Notes under the pieces: model-generated
The model's input: only the letters and a program-made list of their open reading frames with translations
Databases searched by the model: none
What the model was told of the DNA's origin: nothing
In this document: piece after piece, positions 1 to 9,954 of the stretch
How positions within the stretch are numbered: position 1 is the first letter of the stretch
How the letters are laid out: each line of letters starts with the position of its first letter
Position numbers and translations under genes: made by a program
Assembly (NCBI GenBank): GCA_963790475.1
Contig: CAWBOS010000006.1
Span: forward strand, 192,001-256,000
Source: an uncultured delta proteobacterium
GTDB taxonomy: Bacteria; Desulfobacterota; RBG-13-43-22
Direction of reading: 5' to 3'
DNA length: 64,000 nt

Positions 1-207
1 GGCATCAAAGGGTTTTATGGAGGCACCCTGACCAGCAACGTGGTGAACCTCCAGTTGACGCGGAAGGTGGGTTTCAAAGAGCTGTTCGATATTCAATACT
101 GGAAACTCGGGCATATCCGAAAATGTCAACTTCGGGGAATCAGTCAAGATGGGCTTCGAGAATATGCAGACACAGTTCGGTGGGAAGATTACTTTTGTGC
201 TCAGTAA
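1..207 (+). CDS. C-terminal part of a probable GNAT-like acetyltransferase (runs off window start)
   Basis: Frame 1 open to TAA 205-207; GGTLTSNVVNLQLTRKVGFKE resembles the GNAT C-terminal N..xL..KxGF motif. Confidence 0.45.
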   Translation, partial: GIKGFYGGTLTSNVVNLQLTRKVGFKELFDIQYWKLGHIRKCQLRGISQDGLREYADTVRWEDYFCAQ

Positions 208-481
208 CTGCCTGATGAACCGCTGGGGTATCCTGGGGGGCAGTCGGGCGGCTGAAAAATTGAAGTGGTATGGCCTGGATTAGTTGCAAAAATTGCAATT
301 GGCCAAGCTGCAAAATATCCTGAGCTATACCGCCAACTGGGTGCCGTATTATCGGGACCTGTCTAATTGGATCGGGTTTGTACCGGAAGACCTAAAAGAG
401 TTTGAAGATGTCCGGCGCCTCCCCTTTCTGTCGCGTTATGAAGCCATCAAGCACCACGAGGGGACGGTCGTAACGGCTTGA
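149..481 (+). pseudogene. Degraded N-terminus of a phenylacetate-CoA ligase (PaaK/CapK-like) family gene
   Basis: LQKLQLAKLQNILSYTANWVPYYR...EDVRRLPFLSR is the typical family N-terminus; upstream stops and truncation after about 65 aa. Confidence 0.6.
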
Positions 482-647
482 TTATCCAGGGTCTAAAAGC
501 AGGAAGATTAGATGTGCAAGATGTTTTGGCAATTCTATCAAATATATTCAGATATCTTTACAAGCAGTAGGACCCTATGTCATGCCGAAGCCTGGATAAA
601 AGCAGGCGAGACATTACGGGATTCATAATAGAAGGGAGGGATAGATC

Positions 648-1460
648 ATGAGAAACCGTGCTAAAGAACTCACCGGCTTAACGGATTATTTAAGCCTGAT
701 AGGCGTCCGCGATTTACCGCCTCTCACCTCTCCATTTGACCCGGGGTATGACCCGCTTACCCTGGAAAGTCACATGGAACAGAGCGCACACCTGATAGCA
801 GTGTTAAAAATTTCCATGGCATGCTGGCAAATCGCAAACGAAGCCAGCACCCGCAGAAAAGTGGACGCGGCCAACCGGCTGAAAATCCCCACCTGCACCG
901 GCGGAGGCCCCTTCGAAGTTGCCGTGCAGTTCGGCAAACTCCCAGGATTCCTCGATCTGGTCGCCGATATCGGTTTCAGGCGAATTGAAGCTGGCGAAGG
1001 GTTTACAGATATGCCTCTTCCTCCAGGGCATGTGATTAAACTGGCAGCCGAAAGAGGATTGGAGGTTCAATTCGAAGTCGGCAAGAAGCACGAAGGCACT
1101 TTTATCTCCGATGTCATTGAAGAGCTCATCGACCAAGGGAAAAGGTGGCTGGATGCCGGAGCCAAACAAATTGTGGTTGAAGCGCGAGAAAATGCCCAGA
1201 ATATTGGCGTATTTGGCAGTAAAGGCGAATTTGACGCATCGGCCGCTGACCGTTTCGCGAATGCCTTTGGGTTAGAGGTCGCAATTTTTGAGGCACCCAC
1301 TAAACCAAGCCAGTTCGCGATGTTAAACCATTTTGGTCCAATGGTCCACTTGAGTAATGTCCGCATCGAAGAACTGCTCCGCGTAGAAATTTACCGAAGA
1401 GGCCTCCACTCCGATGCTTTTCAACAAGACAACTTAAGACCGGTAGGGCCGTTAAAATAA
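648..1460 (+). CDS. comA: Phosphosulfolactate synthase (ComA family)
   Basis: EVGKK, VEARE, FEAP, V.LSNV and RRGL.SD motifs; strong SD GGGAGG. Confidence 0.88.
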   Translation: MRNRAKELTGLTDYLSLIGVRDLPPLTSPFDPGYDPLTLESHMEQSAHLIAVLKISMACWQIANEASTRRKVDAANRLKIPTCTGGGPFEVAVQFGKLPGFLDLVADIGFRRIEAGEGFTDMPLPPGHVIKLAAERGLEVQFEVGKKHEGTFISDVIEELIDQGKRWLDAGAKQIVVEARENAQNIGVFGSKGEFDASAADRFANAFGLEVAIFEAPTKPSQFAMLNHFGPMVHLSNVRIEELLRVEIYRRGLHSDAFQQDNLRPVGPLK

Positions 1461-1492
1461 AACTAAACTTTCACCTTAATCTTGCTTACGGT

Positions 1493-1525
1493 AAATTCCC
1501 CGCAGCTTGCTGCGTGGTAGTTCAT
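1493..1525. repeat. Short palindrome resembling an IS200/IS605-type end or REP
   Basis: ttccccgcagc-tt-gctgcgtggtagttcat; perfect core cgcagc/gctgcg 1501-1514. Confidence 0.4.
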
Positions 1526-1590
1526 TGCAGCGATAAACGAGTATTCGAAAAAATATTGACGTAAAAGGCAAGGAGACCACTTTTCTTATC

Positions 1591-2445
1591 TTGACCCGTT
1601 TGGAACAGTACAATAGAGTACTGAAAAATTTCATGGGTAATAATCAAAGAACAATAAATGAAAACGAGTTAGAATCGTGGGAAATTATTTACGATGAACA
1701 AAGTTTCGTTGGGGATTTCTTCCGCCGAAGAATGGAAAAGGCTCTCTCGTGGGTCGACGCGATGAATTTCTCTGAAAATGCTATAATCTTTGATGCGGGT
1801 TGTGGCGGAGGCCGGTTGGTAGAAGAAGCTGTCAAGAAAGGGTATCACATAATCGGGATGGATTCCAATGAGGATGTGCTGAAGAAGGCGTTGGGTTCTC
1901 TGAAAAAAAGACCGGGCAGCAATTACTGCTTTTTACGAGGTGATGTCAAGATTATACCGGTGAAGGATTCAAGCCTGGACGCAATTATTTGCCTGGGGGT
2001 TATTTCTTATTTGAAATCGGAGATGACTGTTCTGCTTGAGTTTGCAAGAGTTTTGAAACCGGGTGGATTGCTTATTTTGAGTGCGACCAATAAGGCTCGG
2101 CTAGTGGGGCGCCTGGATATTCCTCTCATGATTTCGTCCATTAAAAAGAAGATTTTTGTGCACAAGAATATGAAGGAAGATGATGATTCTTCCAGAGAAG
2201 GAAATCATCGACAACGATCATATTTAATTCCTCGCTTCTCAAATTCGTTAGAATCCGCGGGGTTTTCTGTTTCAGGATACGTAACTTTTCCATATGAACT
2301 TCCCACATTATTTGGGCGAGAATTTCTACCACGAAGCTTCTCTGAAAAGGTCTCGTTGTTTATCGAACGATTTGCCAATTTACCCCTGGTTGGATCTTTT
2401 GGATCGAGGTGGATGATCAAAGCGCAAAAAAAGAACTTTTCATAA
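1591..2445 (+). CDS. Class I SAM-dependent methyltransferase
   Basis: IFDAGCGGG motif I; ARVLKPGG. Confidence 0.88.
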   Translation: MTRLEQYNRVLKNFMGNNQRTINENELESWEIIYDEQSFVGDFFRRRMEKALSWVDAMNFSENAIIFDAGCGGGRLVEEAVKKGYHIIGMDSNEDVLKKALGSLKKRPGSNYCFLRGDVKIIPVKDSSLDAIICLGVISYLKSEMTVLLEFARVLKPGGLLILSATNKARLVGRLDIPLMISSIKKKIFVHKNMKEDDDSSREGNHRQRSYLIPRFSNSLESAGFSVSGYVTFPYELPTLFGREFLPRSFSEKVSLFIERFANLPLVGSFGSRWMIKAQKKNFS

Positions 2446-2618
2446 GATAATTATTATAATAATGAAACCTATGCTTATTTTCAAGAGATCTATCGATTCG
2501 TCGCTGCAGTTTTCTGAATACGAGAATTCTCGTAGCTACGGTAAGCCGTTGAAAATAATCAAAATAAGTCCAGTCGTTCTCTGGAACCATCTATTAAAAT
2601 AAATCATGTGAAATTGCT

Positions 2619-3371
2619 ATGTTGACGGGGAATCATATGATTGCAATTGATGTTTTTTACAACAAAAGACTTGACTACGATAACACGTATGCGATTTTGG
2701 CAGTAGATGTAATTCGGGCGACAACCACCGCCATTACTGGCGTTGCGATGGGGAGAAAGTGTTATCCAGCGTCTTCGATTGAAGACGCGACCACTCTCGC
2801 TAAAAAGCTGGTGAACCCGTTGCTGGTGGGTGAATTGGGCGGGAACATGCCCTACGGGTTTGACCTACAAAACAGCCCCTTTCTGGTGGCCTCACGGACC
2901 GATATTATCCGCCCGATGATTCTCCTTTCCACGTCCGGCACCCGACTCATCACCAAATATAAAGGCCACGATGCCGTTTACCCGGCCTGCCTCCGAAACT
3001 ACAAAGCGCTCATCCCCCACCTGGCGGCTCACCACGACAAAGTAGCCTTGATTGGCGCAGGCACTCGCGGAGAGTTCCGCGAGGAAGACCAGCTTTGCTG
3101 CGCGTGGATAGCCGAAGGGCTCATTCAGAACGGTTTTAAACCTGAAAACGAAATGACTGCGGAAATGATCGAGCGCTGGCGGCATGCTTCGGTCGACATT
3201 ATTAGAGACGGCGAAAGCGCCGCTTATCTCAACCGATCGGGGCAAACCCAGGATCTGGATTTTATCCTGGCGCATGTGGACGACCTGCCTTTTGTGTACC
3301 AATTTAAAAATGACCAGATTGTTGAACTGTCAAAAACCACAACTTGGGAAAAAGCTGTTTTATCAGAGTGA
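2619..3371 (+). CDS. comB: 2-phosphosulfolactate phosphatase (ComB family)
   Basis: VDVIRATTT, GELGG..GFDLQNSP, STSGT and ED motifs. Confidence 0.9.
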   Translation: MLTGNHMIAIDVFYNKRLDYDNTYAILAVDVIRATTTAITGVAMGRKCYPASSIEDATTLAKKLVNPLLVGELGGNMPYGFDLQNSPFLVASRTDIIRPMILLSTSGTRLITKYKGHDAVYPACLRNYKALIPHLAAHHDKVALIGAGTRGEFREEDQLCCAWIAEGLIQNGFKPENEMTAEMIERWRHASVDIIRDGESAAYLNRSGQTQDLDFILAHVDDLPFVYQFKNDQIVELSKTTTWEKAVLSE

Positions 3372-3375
3372 AACC

Positions 3376-4596
3376 TTGACTTTAAAGCAGACCAAAATTC
3401 GACTGAAGATAGAACCATCAACACCTTGCGTCGTGATCTGCCCAGGCTACCACGGGCACGGGGTCGCACGGAGTCTTGGACGGCTGGGCGTCCCTGTCTT
3501 CGGGGTGCATGCCAACCCGAGATCTCCTTCCGCTAGCTCACATTACTGGCGCAGCAACTATCTTTGGGACCTTTCGAAAGCCTCACCCGATGAATCTTTA
3601 AACTGGTTCCTTAAACTTGCCTGCACAATTGGACAACGCCCCATTCTCATTCCCACTGACGATCATAGCTGCTTGTTTGTAGACGACCACGCCGAAGCAC
3701 TGCTTCAGGAATACGAGTTCCCAAAGCAGCCAACCGGGCTGACACGTGCGCTCTCTAACAAAAAGCTGCTTTATTCGCTGTGCAACGAGGAGTCAATTCT
3801 AACCGCCGAGACAGTCTTTCCGCAGTCGCGCGCCGACGTCATCCAGTTTATGGAAAAAGGAAACTTCCCTGTTATGCTCAAAGGGATTGACACAGTCGCT
3901 CTTCAAAAACGGGTCGGGGTTCGCATGGTTATCGTCAATGACGGTGAGACGCTGCTGAAACGCTACGATGAGATGGAAATGCCCGGCGCGCCCAGTTTGA
4001 TGATGCAGGAGTATATCCCAGGAGGAGCGGAAAACGTGTGGATGTTCGACGGATATTTTGACAGCAATTCAAACTGTCGATTCGGAATCACTGCCCGCAA
4101 ACTGCGTCAGTACCCGGCCTATACAGGCATGACCAGCCTGGGAGTATGCGAAACCAACGAAACACTCTTTAACCAAATCCAGGCCTTTATGAAAGCGGTT
4201 GGGTACTGCGGCATTCTGGATATTGGCTACAAATATAACCCGGCTAACAGAAAATATTATCTCTTAGACCCCAATCCGCGACTCGGTTGTTCATTTCGTC
4301 TCTTTGTTGATTCCATCGATATGGACGTGGTAAGGGCACTGTATTGCGACCTGACTAGGCAACCTATCCCGACCGGGAAACCAGTGGAAGGGCGCAAATG
4401 GCTGGTTGAGCTCTTTGACATCGTCTCCTCCTATCGCTATTGGCGCGATGGAAATCTTAAGTTTGGAAACTGGCTGCATTCATTCCAGGGGTTGCAAGAG
4501 GCGCAATGGTTCGCTTGGGATGACATGCGCCCATTTCTTAATGTTTGGAAGTATTCCGCCGAGACGCTCTTCAAACCGAAAGAGAAAAAGAACTGA
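3376..4596 (+). CDS. ATP-grasp carboxylate-amine ligase (D-aspartate-ligase-like); probable start TTG 3376 rather than 3184
   Basis: ARSLGRLG, LIPTDD, FPVMLK, QEYIPG, KLRQYP, LLDPNPR; the 3184 start would overlap comB extensively. Confidence 0.85.
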   Translation: MTLKQTKIRLKIEPSTPCVVICPGYHGHGVARSLGRLGVPVFGVHANPRSPSASSHYWRSNYLWDLSKASPDESLNWFLKLACTIGQRPILIPTDDHSCLFVDDHAEALLQEYEFPKQPTGLTRALSNKKLLYSLCNEESILTAETVFPQSRADVIQFMEKGNFPVMLKGIDTVALQKRVGVRMVIVNDGETLLKRYDEMEMPGAPSLMMQEYIPGGAENVWMFDGYFDSNSNCRFGITARKLRQYPAYTGMTSLGVCETNETLFNQIQAFMKAVGYCGILDIGYKYNPANRKYYLLDPNPRLGCSFRLFVDSIDMDVVRALYCDLTRQPIPTGKPVEGRKWLVELFDIVSSYRYWRDGNLKFGNWLHSFQGLQEAQWFAWDDMRPFLNVWKYSAETLFKPKEKKN

Positions 4597-4620
4597 TGAC
4601 ACTGGAATACAGACACATCC

Positions 4621-5493
4621 ATGAAACCCCAGACAAAGAACAAAAACGCAAATTTCGTCACACCTCTCCAGTTTCATGAGGAAAAGAATAACGTCAACAC
4701 TTATTTCGCGTCTGAATCTTCGGGCTGGAACGATATCTATCAAAAAGAGGATGTCTATTCCATAATCCATCAAGACCGCCGTGCGATCGCGTTTCAATAT
4801 TTCCAGGAATTGTCGCTGCCGCGGGATGCCCGCATACTGGAAATTGGGTGCGGCGCCGGTTTAACCTCGGTGGATATCGCCCGTCAGGGTTATGTCGTCC
4901 AAGCGGTTGATAGCGTGGAAGCCATGATTGACCTGACTCGTAAGAATGCGCTCAAATTTGGAATGGAAAAACAAATTCACGCCAGCGTGATGGATGTGTA
5001 TAACCTACAGTTTTCAAAACAAACCTTTGCCCTGGTCATAGCCCTGGGGGTGGCTCCTTGGCTTGCCGACCTGAACAGGGCTCTCAAAGAAATCTCAAGG
5101 GTGCTAACTCCCGGGGGGTATGTCCTGATGAATGTGGATAACCGCTATCGCCTCAATCACCTGCTAGACCCGTTTTATTTTCCCAGGCTCGCTGGTTTGA
5201 AAGAGCGGTTGAGGGATTTCCTAGAAAAGGCTAGCGTGTGCAAAACTTCCAGCATTCCCCGCCCTAAAAGACACAGCATCAAAGAGTTTGAGTCCCTGCT
5301 CGAGTCCGCCAGTCTGGTCAAACTAAAACACCGGATGCTTGGGTTTGGCCCATTTACCTTTTTAAAGATTCGCCTGTTCCCGAACTCAGTTGGAATCAAG
5401 CTTCATCGGTACCTACAAAACGAGGCCGACAAGGGAACCCCCCTCCTCCGTTCGACCGGGTCACAATACCTGGTTCTGGCGCATAAAATGTAA
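4621..5493 (+). CDS. Class I SAM-dependent methyltransferase
   Basis: ILEIGCGAG motif I; RVLTPGG; similar architecture to 1591-2445. Confidence 0.88.
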   Translation: MKPQTKNKNANFVTPLQFHEEKNNVNTYFASESSGWNDIYQKEDVYSIIHQDRRAIAFQYFQELSLPRDARILEIGCGAGLTSVDIARQGYVVQAVDSVEAMIDLTRKNALKFGMEKQIHASVMDVYNLQFSKQTFALVIALGVAPWLADLNRALKEISRVLTPGGYVLMNVDNRYRLNHLLDPFYFPRLAGLKERLRDFLEKASVCKTSSIPRPKRHSIKEFESLLESASLVKLKHRMLGFGPFTFLKIRLFPNSVGIKLHRYLQNEADKGTPLLRSTGSQYLVLAHKM

Positions 5494-5526
5494 CTTGTTA
5501 TTCCTTTTTTCATTCAACCAACCAAA

Positions 5527-6837
5527 ATGAACTCAATAATTTCTCTCAAGACCGGGGTCTGGTACGGCGATAGGCAAATTAATTTGCCCATCCCCTCGAG
5601 TTGGGATGTAAAGGTCCTTTGGCCGGCCACCCCCCCCCCTCTGACGGCGGAAGAGTTATTGAGCACCCTGGAACATCCAATAGGCAAAGCGAGGCTGACT
5701 GAAGTCTGCCGGAAGAAATCCCGACCCTTGATTCTCGTTGATGACCTGAACCGCCCTACCCCCACAGCCGAAATCATGCCGCATTTGCTAAAAATGATGA
5801 GCACGGTCGGCATCCCCTCCGAAGCGATCAAAATCCTCATGGCTACCGGTACGCATGGCCAACCGGAACCAGACGCTGTTCTCAAAAAGGTAGACGCAGC
5901 ATTCGCTAACGATCAACTACAGGTACACAACTGCTTTGCGGACACTATAAAAATTGGGGTTACCTCCTCCGGTATACCTGTATTTGTGAACAAAATCGTC
6001 ATGGAAAGCGATGTGGTCATTGGCATCAGCGGAATTTACCCCAACCACACCGCCGGTTTTGGCGGCGGGTCCAAGCTTGCTCTAGGCGTGTTGGGGATTC
6101 AAACCATCTACCATTTGCACTTTCGTCACAAGTCGGCCGGCTGGGGGAATTTCTTTCCGGAGATGGGTTTCCGACGGGATCTGGATGAAATCGCCAGAAT
6201 GATTGGTATGGAATTTAATATCTCCCTGATTATTGACGCTAACCGGCAGATCGTTCGGATGTATTGTGGCGACCCAATCGCCTACTTCCCTCGAGCAGTT
6301 TTATATTACCAGCAGGTGTTCCGTACCCAGCTCCCCGGCGATGCAGATGTCGTCATCTCAAATGCCTACCCCAACGATTGTTCACTCACATTTACGCGGA
6401 TGAAGGGATTTGTTCCGCTTGCTCTGTGCACCCCAGCAGCGACTAGAATTGCTATTTCTGCATGTCCTGAGGGGCTAGGGCTTCATAATATCTGGCCGTT
6501 TGTAAACGTGCCGCCGCGTCACCGGTTGAAACATATCCTGCGGGTTTTATCCGTCCTGACTTTAAAAGAAATCCTGGTGAGGGGGTTTCGCACCGCAATC
6601 TCCCCACTCACGAAAAGGCTTACCAACCGGCAGAAGTCAGGGAACCTAAAGGCGCTCCAATCCGTATGGCTGTACCAGACGTGCGGCTCAGAAATTAATC
6701 TACCAGCAAATGTGCCCGGAATCCATATCACATCGGATTGGCAAAAAATCCTTGAGGCTGTTCTTCGAGAACAGTCGAATCGAAATCAGCTCAAGGTTTT
6801 GGTTTATCCGTGCGCTTTTCTTCAACTGTTCGAATAA
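5527..6837 (+). CDS. LarA (nickel-pincer lactate racemase) homologue
   Basis: VDDLNRPTP, ATGTH, AGFGGGSK and TIYHLH match LarA motifs. Confidence 0.82.
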   Translation: MNSIISLKTGVWYGDRQINLPIPSSWDVKVLWPATPPPLTAEELLSTLEHPIGKARLTEVCRKKSRPLILVDDLNRPTPTAEIMPHLLKMMSTVGIPSEAIKILMATGTHGQPEPDAVLKKVDAAFANDQLQVHNCFADTIKIGVTSSGIPVFVNKIVMESDVVIGISGIYPNHTAGFGGGSKLALGVLGIQTIYHLHFRHKSAGWGNFFPEMGFRRDLDEIARMIGMEFNISLIIDANRQIVRMYCGDPIAYFPRAVLYYQQVFRTQLPGDADVVISNAYPNDCSLTFTRMKGFVPLALCTPAATRIAISACPEGLGLHNIWPFVNVPPRHRLKHILRVLSVLTLKEILVRGFRTAISPLTKRLTNRQKSGNLKALQSVWLYQTCGSEINLPANVPGIHITSDWQKILEAVLREQSNRNQLKVLVYPCAFLQLFE

Positions 6838-6856
6838 TAATTTCTCCCGGAGGATT

Positions 6857-9001
6857 ATGACTATGAGAGTTTGTATGATTGCATATACCTTCTATGAAAA
6901 CGACAATCGAGTAAGACGATATGCCGATGCCTTGGTAAAAAGAGGGGATCATGTAGATGTGGTAGCGTTGCGAAATCCCGAGTTCGCAGAGCAGGAGAAC
7001 TTTCATGGAGTTAACATATACCACATTCAAGCAAGAATCCAAAATGAGAAGCATAAGCTGTTGTATTTGGCAAAGCTACTACTTTTTCTGGTTAACTCCG
7101 GAATATTTGTCACAAAGCAACACTTGAAAAATCCATATGATGTGCTTCATATCCATAATGTCCCGGACTTCTTGGTATTTTCCGGTTTGATACCAAAGCT
7201 AAAGGGTGCAAAAGTCATTCTCGATATTCATGACATAGTCCCTGAGTTTTACGCCTCCAAATTCAAAGTCTCCAAGGATTCTCTGGTTTGTAAAGTGTTG
7301 ATGCAGATCGAGAAACTGTCGATAGCTTTTTCGGACCACGTAATTATCTCCAATCATATTTGGGAGCAAAGACTCCTCTCACGATCTATCTCGAAAGAGA
7401 AGTGTTCCGTTTTTCTCAATTACCCGGACCCCGTACTATTCTATCCGCGGAAAGTGGAGAGAGAGGCGAATAAACTAATTTTCTTATACCCCGGAACCTT
7501 GGCGTGGCACCAGGGTTTGGACGTTGCTATCAAGGCATTTGCTCTGGTAAGAGACGAGCTTGAATCTGCTGAAATGCATGTCTATGGTGGTGGCCCTGAA
7601 AGGAGAAGACTCGAGCTACTCGCTACTGAACTTGGGATAAGTCGACAAGTTGTTTTCAAGGGATCATTTCCTATAGATGAGATTGTCGATGTTATGGCGA
7701 GGTCGAACATTGGGGTGGTCCCTAAAAGAAATGATTCGTTTGGAGGGGAGGCTTTTAGCACAAAGATATTTGAGTTCATGTCTCTCGGGGTTCCCGTGAT
7801 TGCTTCGAGGACTAGGATCGACTCTTACTATTTCGATAAGTCTGTCATCCAGTTCTTCGAGCCGGGAGACGAGAATGATTTGGCGAGATGTATGATTCTG
7901 CTCGGAAAAAACAAGGGGCTACGAGATGGCATCGCAGACCGGGCCCTGGAATTTATCAAGCAATACTCGTGGGATAAAAAGAAACAAGCCTATTTTGAGT
8001 TGGTGGATGGGTTGGTCCGGAAGAATGGCGTTGTGAAAACCTCTGGGGGACAGGCAACTAGTAAGCTGCTGGGGGTTTATTATTTGATGAAACCATTCAT
8101 ACCGAGGCGCCTGCAGATCCAGATACGGAGAAGGGTTGCGTCACGAAAGAGTATCTCCAATCGACATATTTGGCCCATTAACGAGCAAACGTCAAAAAAA
8201 CCTGAAGCATGGCGCGGGTGGCCCGATGACAAACGTTTTGCCCTGGTCCTTACCCACGACGTGGAAGGAGCCAAGGGTGTCCCGAATTGTCTCAGGTTGG
8301 CCGATCTCGAGCAAGATCTTGGCTACCGGTCTTCTTTTAACTTCGTGGCCCTGGACTACGAGATTTCGAAGGAATTGATGGATAGTTTACGGGCTCGGGG
8401 GTTCGAGATTGGCCTGCACGGTCTCTATCATCATGGAAATTTGTTCAAATCCAGAAGGGCTTTTCAAAAGCAAGTTCCTCGGATTAATGAATTTTTGAAG
8501 AAATGGAATGCGGCGGGCTTCAGATCCCCCAGTATGTATCATAATTTGGAATGGATCTGTGATTTGGATATTGAGTATGATGCCTCCACATTCGATACGG
8601 ACCCATTCGAACCTCAACCGGACAGCGCGGGTACGATTTATCCGTTTATCATATCAAGGAACGGATCGAAAAGCGGATTCGTGGAGCTGCCCTATACACT
8701 TCCGCAAGACCATCTGTTGTATGTGGTGATGAGAGAAAGAACTCCCTCAATCTGGAAGCAAAAACTGGATTGGATTGCCGAGAAAGGCGGTCTGGCCTTA
8801 ATAATTACTCATCCTGATTACATAGACTTCGCTGATAAGAGAAAGCCTGTGGATGCCTATCCGGCCAATTATTATGTTGAATTTCTCCAATATATCAAAG
8901 ACCGGTACGATGGGCAGTACTGGCATGCGCTTCCGAAAGATGTCGCCCGGTTCATACGGGAATCAGAAACAGCAGCTCAGTCGTCTATAAATGGAAAATA
9001 A
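6857..9001 (+). CDS. GT4 glycosyltransferase fused to a polysaccharide-deacetylase-like domain
   Basis: N-half DNRVRR...STKIFEFMSLGVPVI; C-half LTHDVE, GLHG, GFRSP; ATG 6857 after GGAGG. Confidence 0.85.
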   Translation: MTMRVCMIAYTFYENDNRVRRYADALVKRGDHVDVVALRNPEFAEQENFHGVNIYHIQARIQNEKHKLLYLAKLLLFLVNSGIFVTKQHLKNPYDVLHIHNVPDFLVFSGLIPKLKGAKVILDIHDIVPEFYASKFKVSKDSLVCKVLMQIEKLSIAFSDHVIISNHIWEQRLLSRSISKEKCSVFLNYPDPVLFYPRKVEREANKLIFLYPGTLAWHQGLDVAIKAFALVRDELESAEMHVYGGGPERRRLELLATELGISRQVVFKGSFPIDEIVDVMARSNIGVVPKRNDSFGGEAFSTKIFEFMSLGVPVIASRTRIDSYYFDKSVIQFFEPGDENDLARCMILLGKNKGLRDGIADRALEFIKQYSWDKKKQAYFELVDGLVRKNGVVKTSGGQATSKLLGVYYLMKPFIPRRLQIQIRRRVASRKSISNRHIWPINEQTSKKPEAWRGWPDDKRFALVLTHDVEGAKGVPNCLRLADLEQDLGYRSSFNFVALDYEISKELMDSLRARGFEIGLHGLYHHGNLFKSRRAFQKQVPRINEFLKKWNAAGFRSPSMYHNLEWICDLDIEYDASTFDTDPFEPQPDSAGTIYPFIISRNGSKSGFVELPYTLPQDHLLYVVMRERTPSIWKQKLDWIAEKGGLALIITHPDYIDFADKRKPVDAYPANYYVEFLQYIKDRYDGQYWHALPKDVARFIRESETAAQSSINGK

Positions 9002-9066
9002 CAAGCACCTCTATCTTGGTCTGATTGACCAATTGGTCAAGTAAATCCAAAAATATGGTATAAAAA

Positions 9067-9432
9067 ATGAAGGAAACCGAGGGGAAGAACAAGAAGTACG
9101 ATTTAGAGGACCGGACTTTTGAATTTGCACGAGAGGTTATTGCTTTTGTCAATAAACTGAAAAAAACGTTGGCGAATATTGAAATTGGAAAACAACTGAT
9201 CCGGGCCGCCGGTTCAGTTGGAGCAAATTATATCGAGGCAAATGAAGGGCTGAGCAGGAAGGATTTCATTATGAGAATAAAGATCTGCCGAAAGGAAGCC
9301 AAGGAAGCCGGATACTGGATTCGTCTGATCGATTGCGAAGAAGGTCTGGAAAGTTCTAGAGAAAAGTTGGTGAGCGAAAGCAAAGAGTTAACTAAAATAT
9401 TTGGAGCAATAATTATTAGATGCAAATCCTAA
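9067..9432 (+). CDS. Four-helix-bundle protein (23S rRNA IVP / Avd-like family)
   Basis: DLEDRTFEF...QLIRAAGSVGANYIEANE..SRKDF...KEAKE..YW. Confidence 0.9.
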   Translation: MKETEGKNKKYDLEDRTFEFAREVIAFVNKLKKTLANIEIGKQLIRAAGSVGANYIEANEGLSRKDFIMRIKICRKEAKEAGYWIRLIDCEEGLESSREKLVSESKELTKIFGAIIIRCKS

Positions 9433-9454
9433 ATCGCGAATTCTAAACTCAAAA
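9424..9454 (+). repeat. Heptamer repeat (aaatcct/aaatcgc/gaattct/aaactca) overlapping the stop codon
   Basis: Imperfect reverse complement of 9924-9954. Confidence 0.7.
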
Positions 9455-9466
9455 TAAGGATTTCTT

Positions 9467-9706
9467 ATGATTAGAAATTATACCGCTAAATATATAAAAA
9501 TTAGCAAAGGGTATATGGGACAGTTAATTGAGTGGCCGGAGGTCATCACTGAAGGCCGGGATATTGAAGAATGCCGTCGAATGCTGCGGGATGCCCTAAA
9601 ACAAATGGTTTTAGCCTATAAGCAGATACATAAAGAAATTCCCATTGGCGACGGTTTGATCGAACAGCTCCCCGTGGATATCCAAGATGTCTATCAAACG
9701 GCGTGA
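9467..9706 (+). CDS. hicB: HicB-family antitoxin
   Basis: YTAKY...EWPEVITEGRDIEECRRMLRDAL. Confidence 0.85.
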   Translation: MIRNYTAKYIKISKGYMGQLIEWPEVITEGRDIEECRRMLRDALKQMVLAYKQIHKEIPIGDGLIEQLPVDIQDVYQTA

Positions 9707-9875
9707 CCTAATCAAATATCTTGAAGAAAATGGATTTCGTTTTATAAGAGAAGGTGGGAGTCATTCTATCTATTCGAATGAGAACAAAACCATCCCGGTT
9801 AAAAGGCATCGTTCTTTAGATAGAATAACCGCCAATGAACTTTGCAAGCAAGCCGGAATAATCCCAAAATTTTGA
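9687..9875 (+). CDS. hicA: HicA-family toxin
   Basis: KRRDLIKYLEENGF..IREGGSH..IPVKRH. Confidence 0.88.
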   Translation: MSIKRRDLIKYLEENGFRFIREGGSHSIYSNENKTIPVKRHRSLDRITANELCKQAGIIPKF

Positions 9876-9923
9876 TGTCAGATTTTTGGATTGGGGTATT
9901 TGAATATTAGTATGGTCTATTAT

Positions 9924-9954
9924 TTTCGGATTTCGAATTTGGGATTTAGAGTTT
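9924..9954 (+). repeat. Heptamer repeat (tttcgga/tttcgaa/tttggga/tttagag) ending at the next start codon
   Basis: Imperfect reverse complement of 9424-9454. Confidence 0.7.

Noticed and set aside
648-3371. Coenzyme M biosynthesis operon
   Set aside because: No comC/comDE or methanogenesis/alkene-metabolism genes in the window; the context is polysaccharide synthesis.
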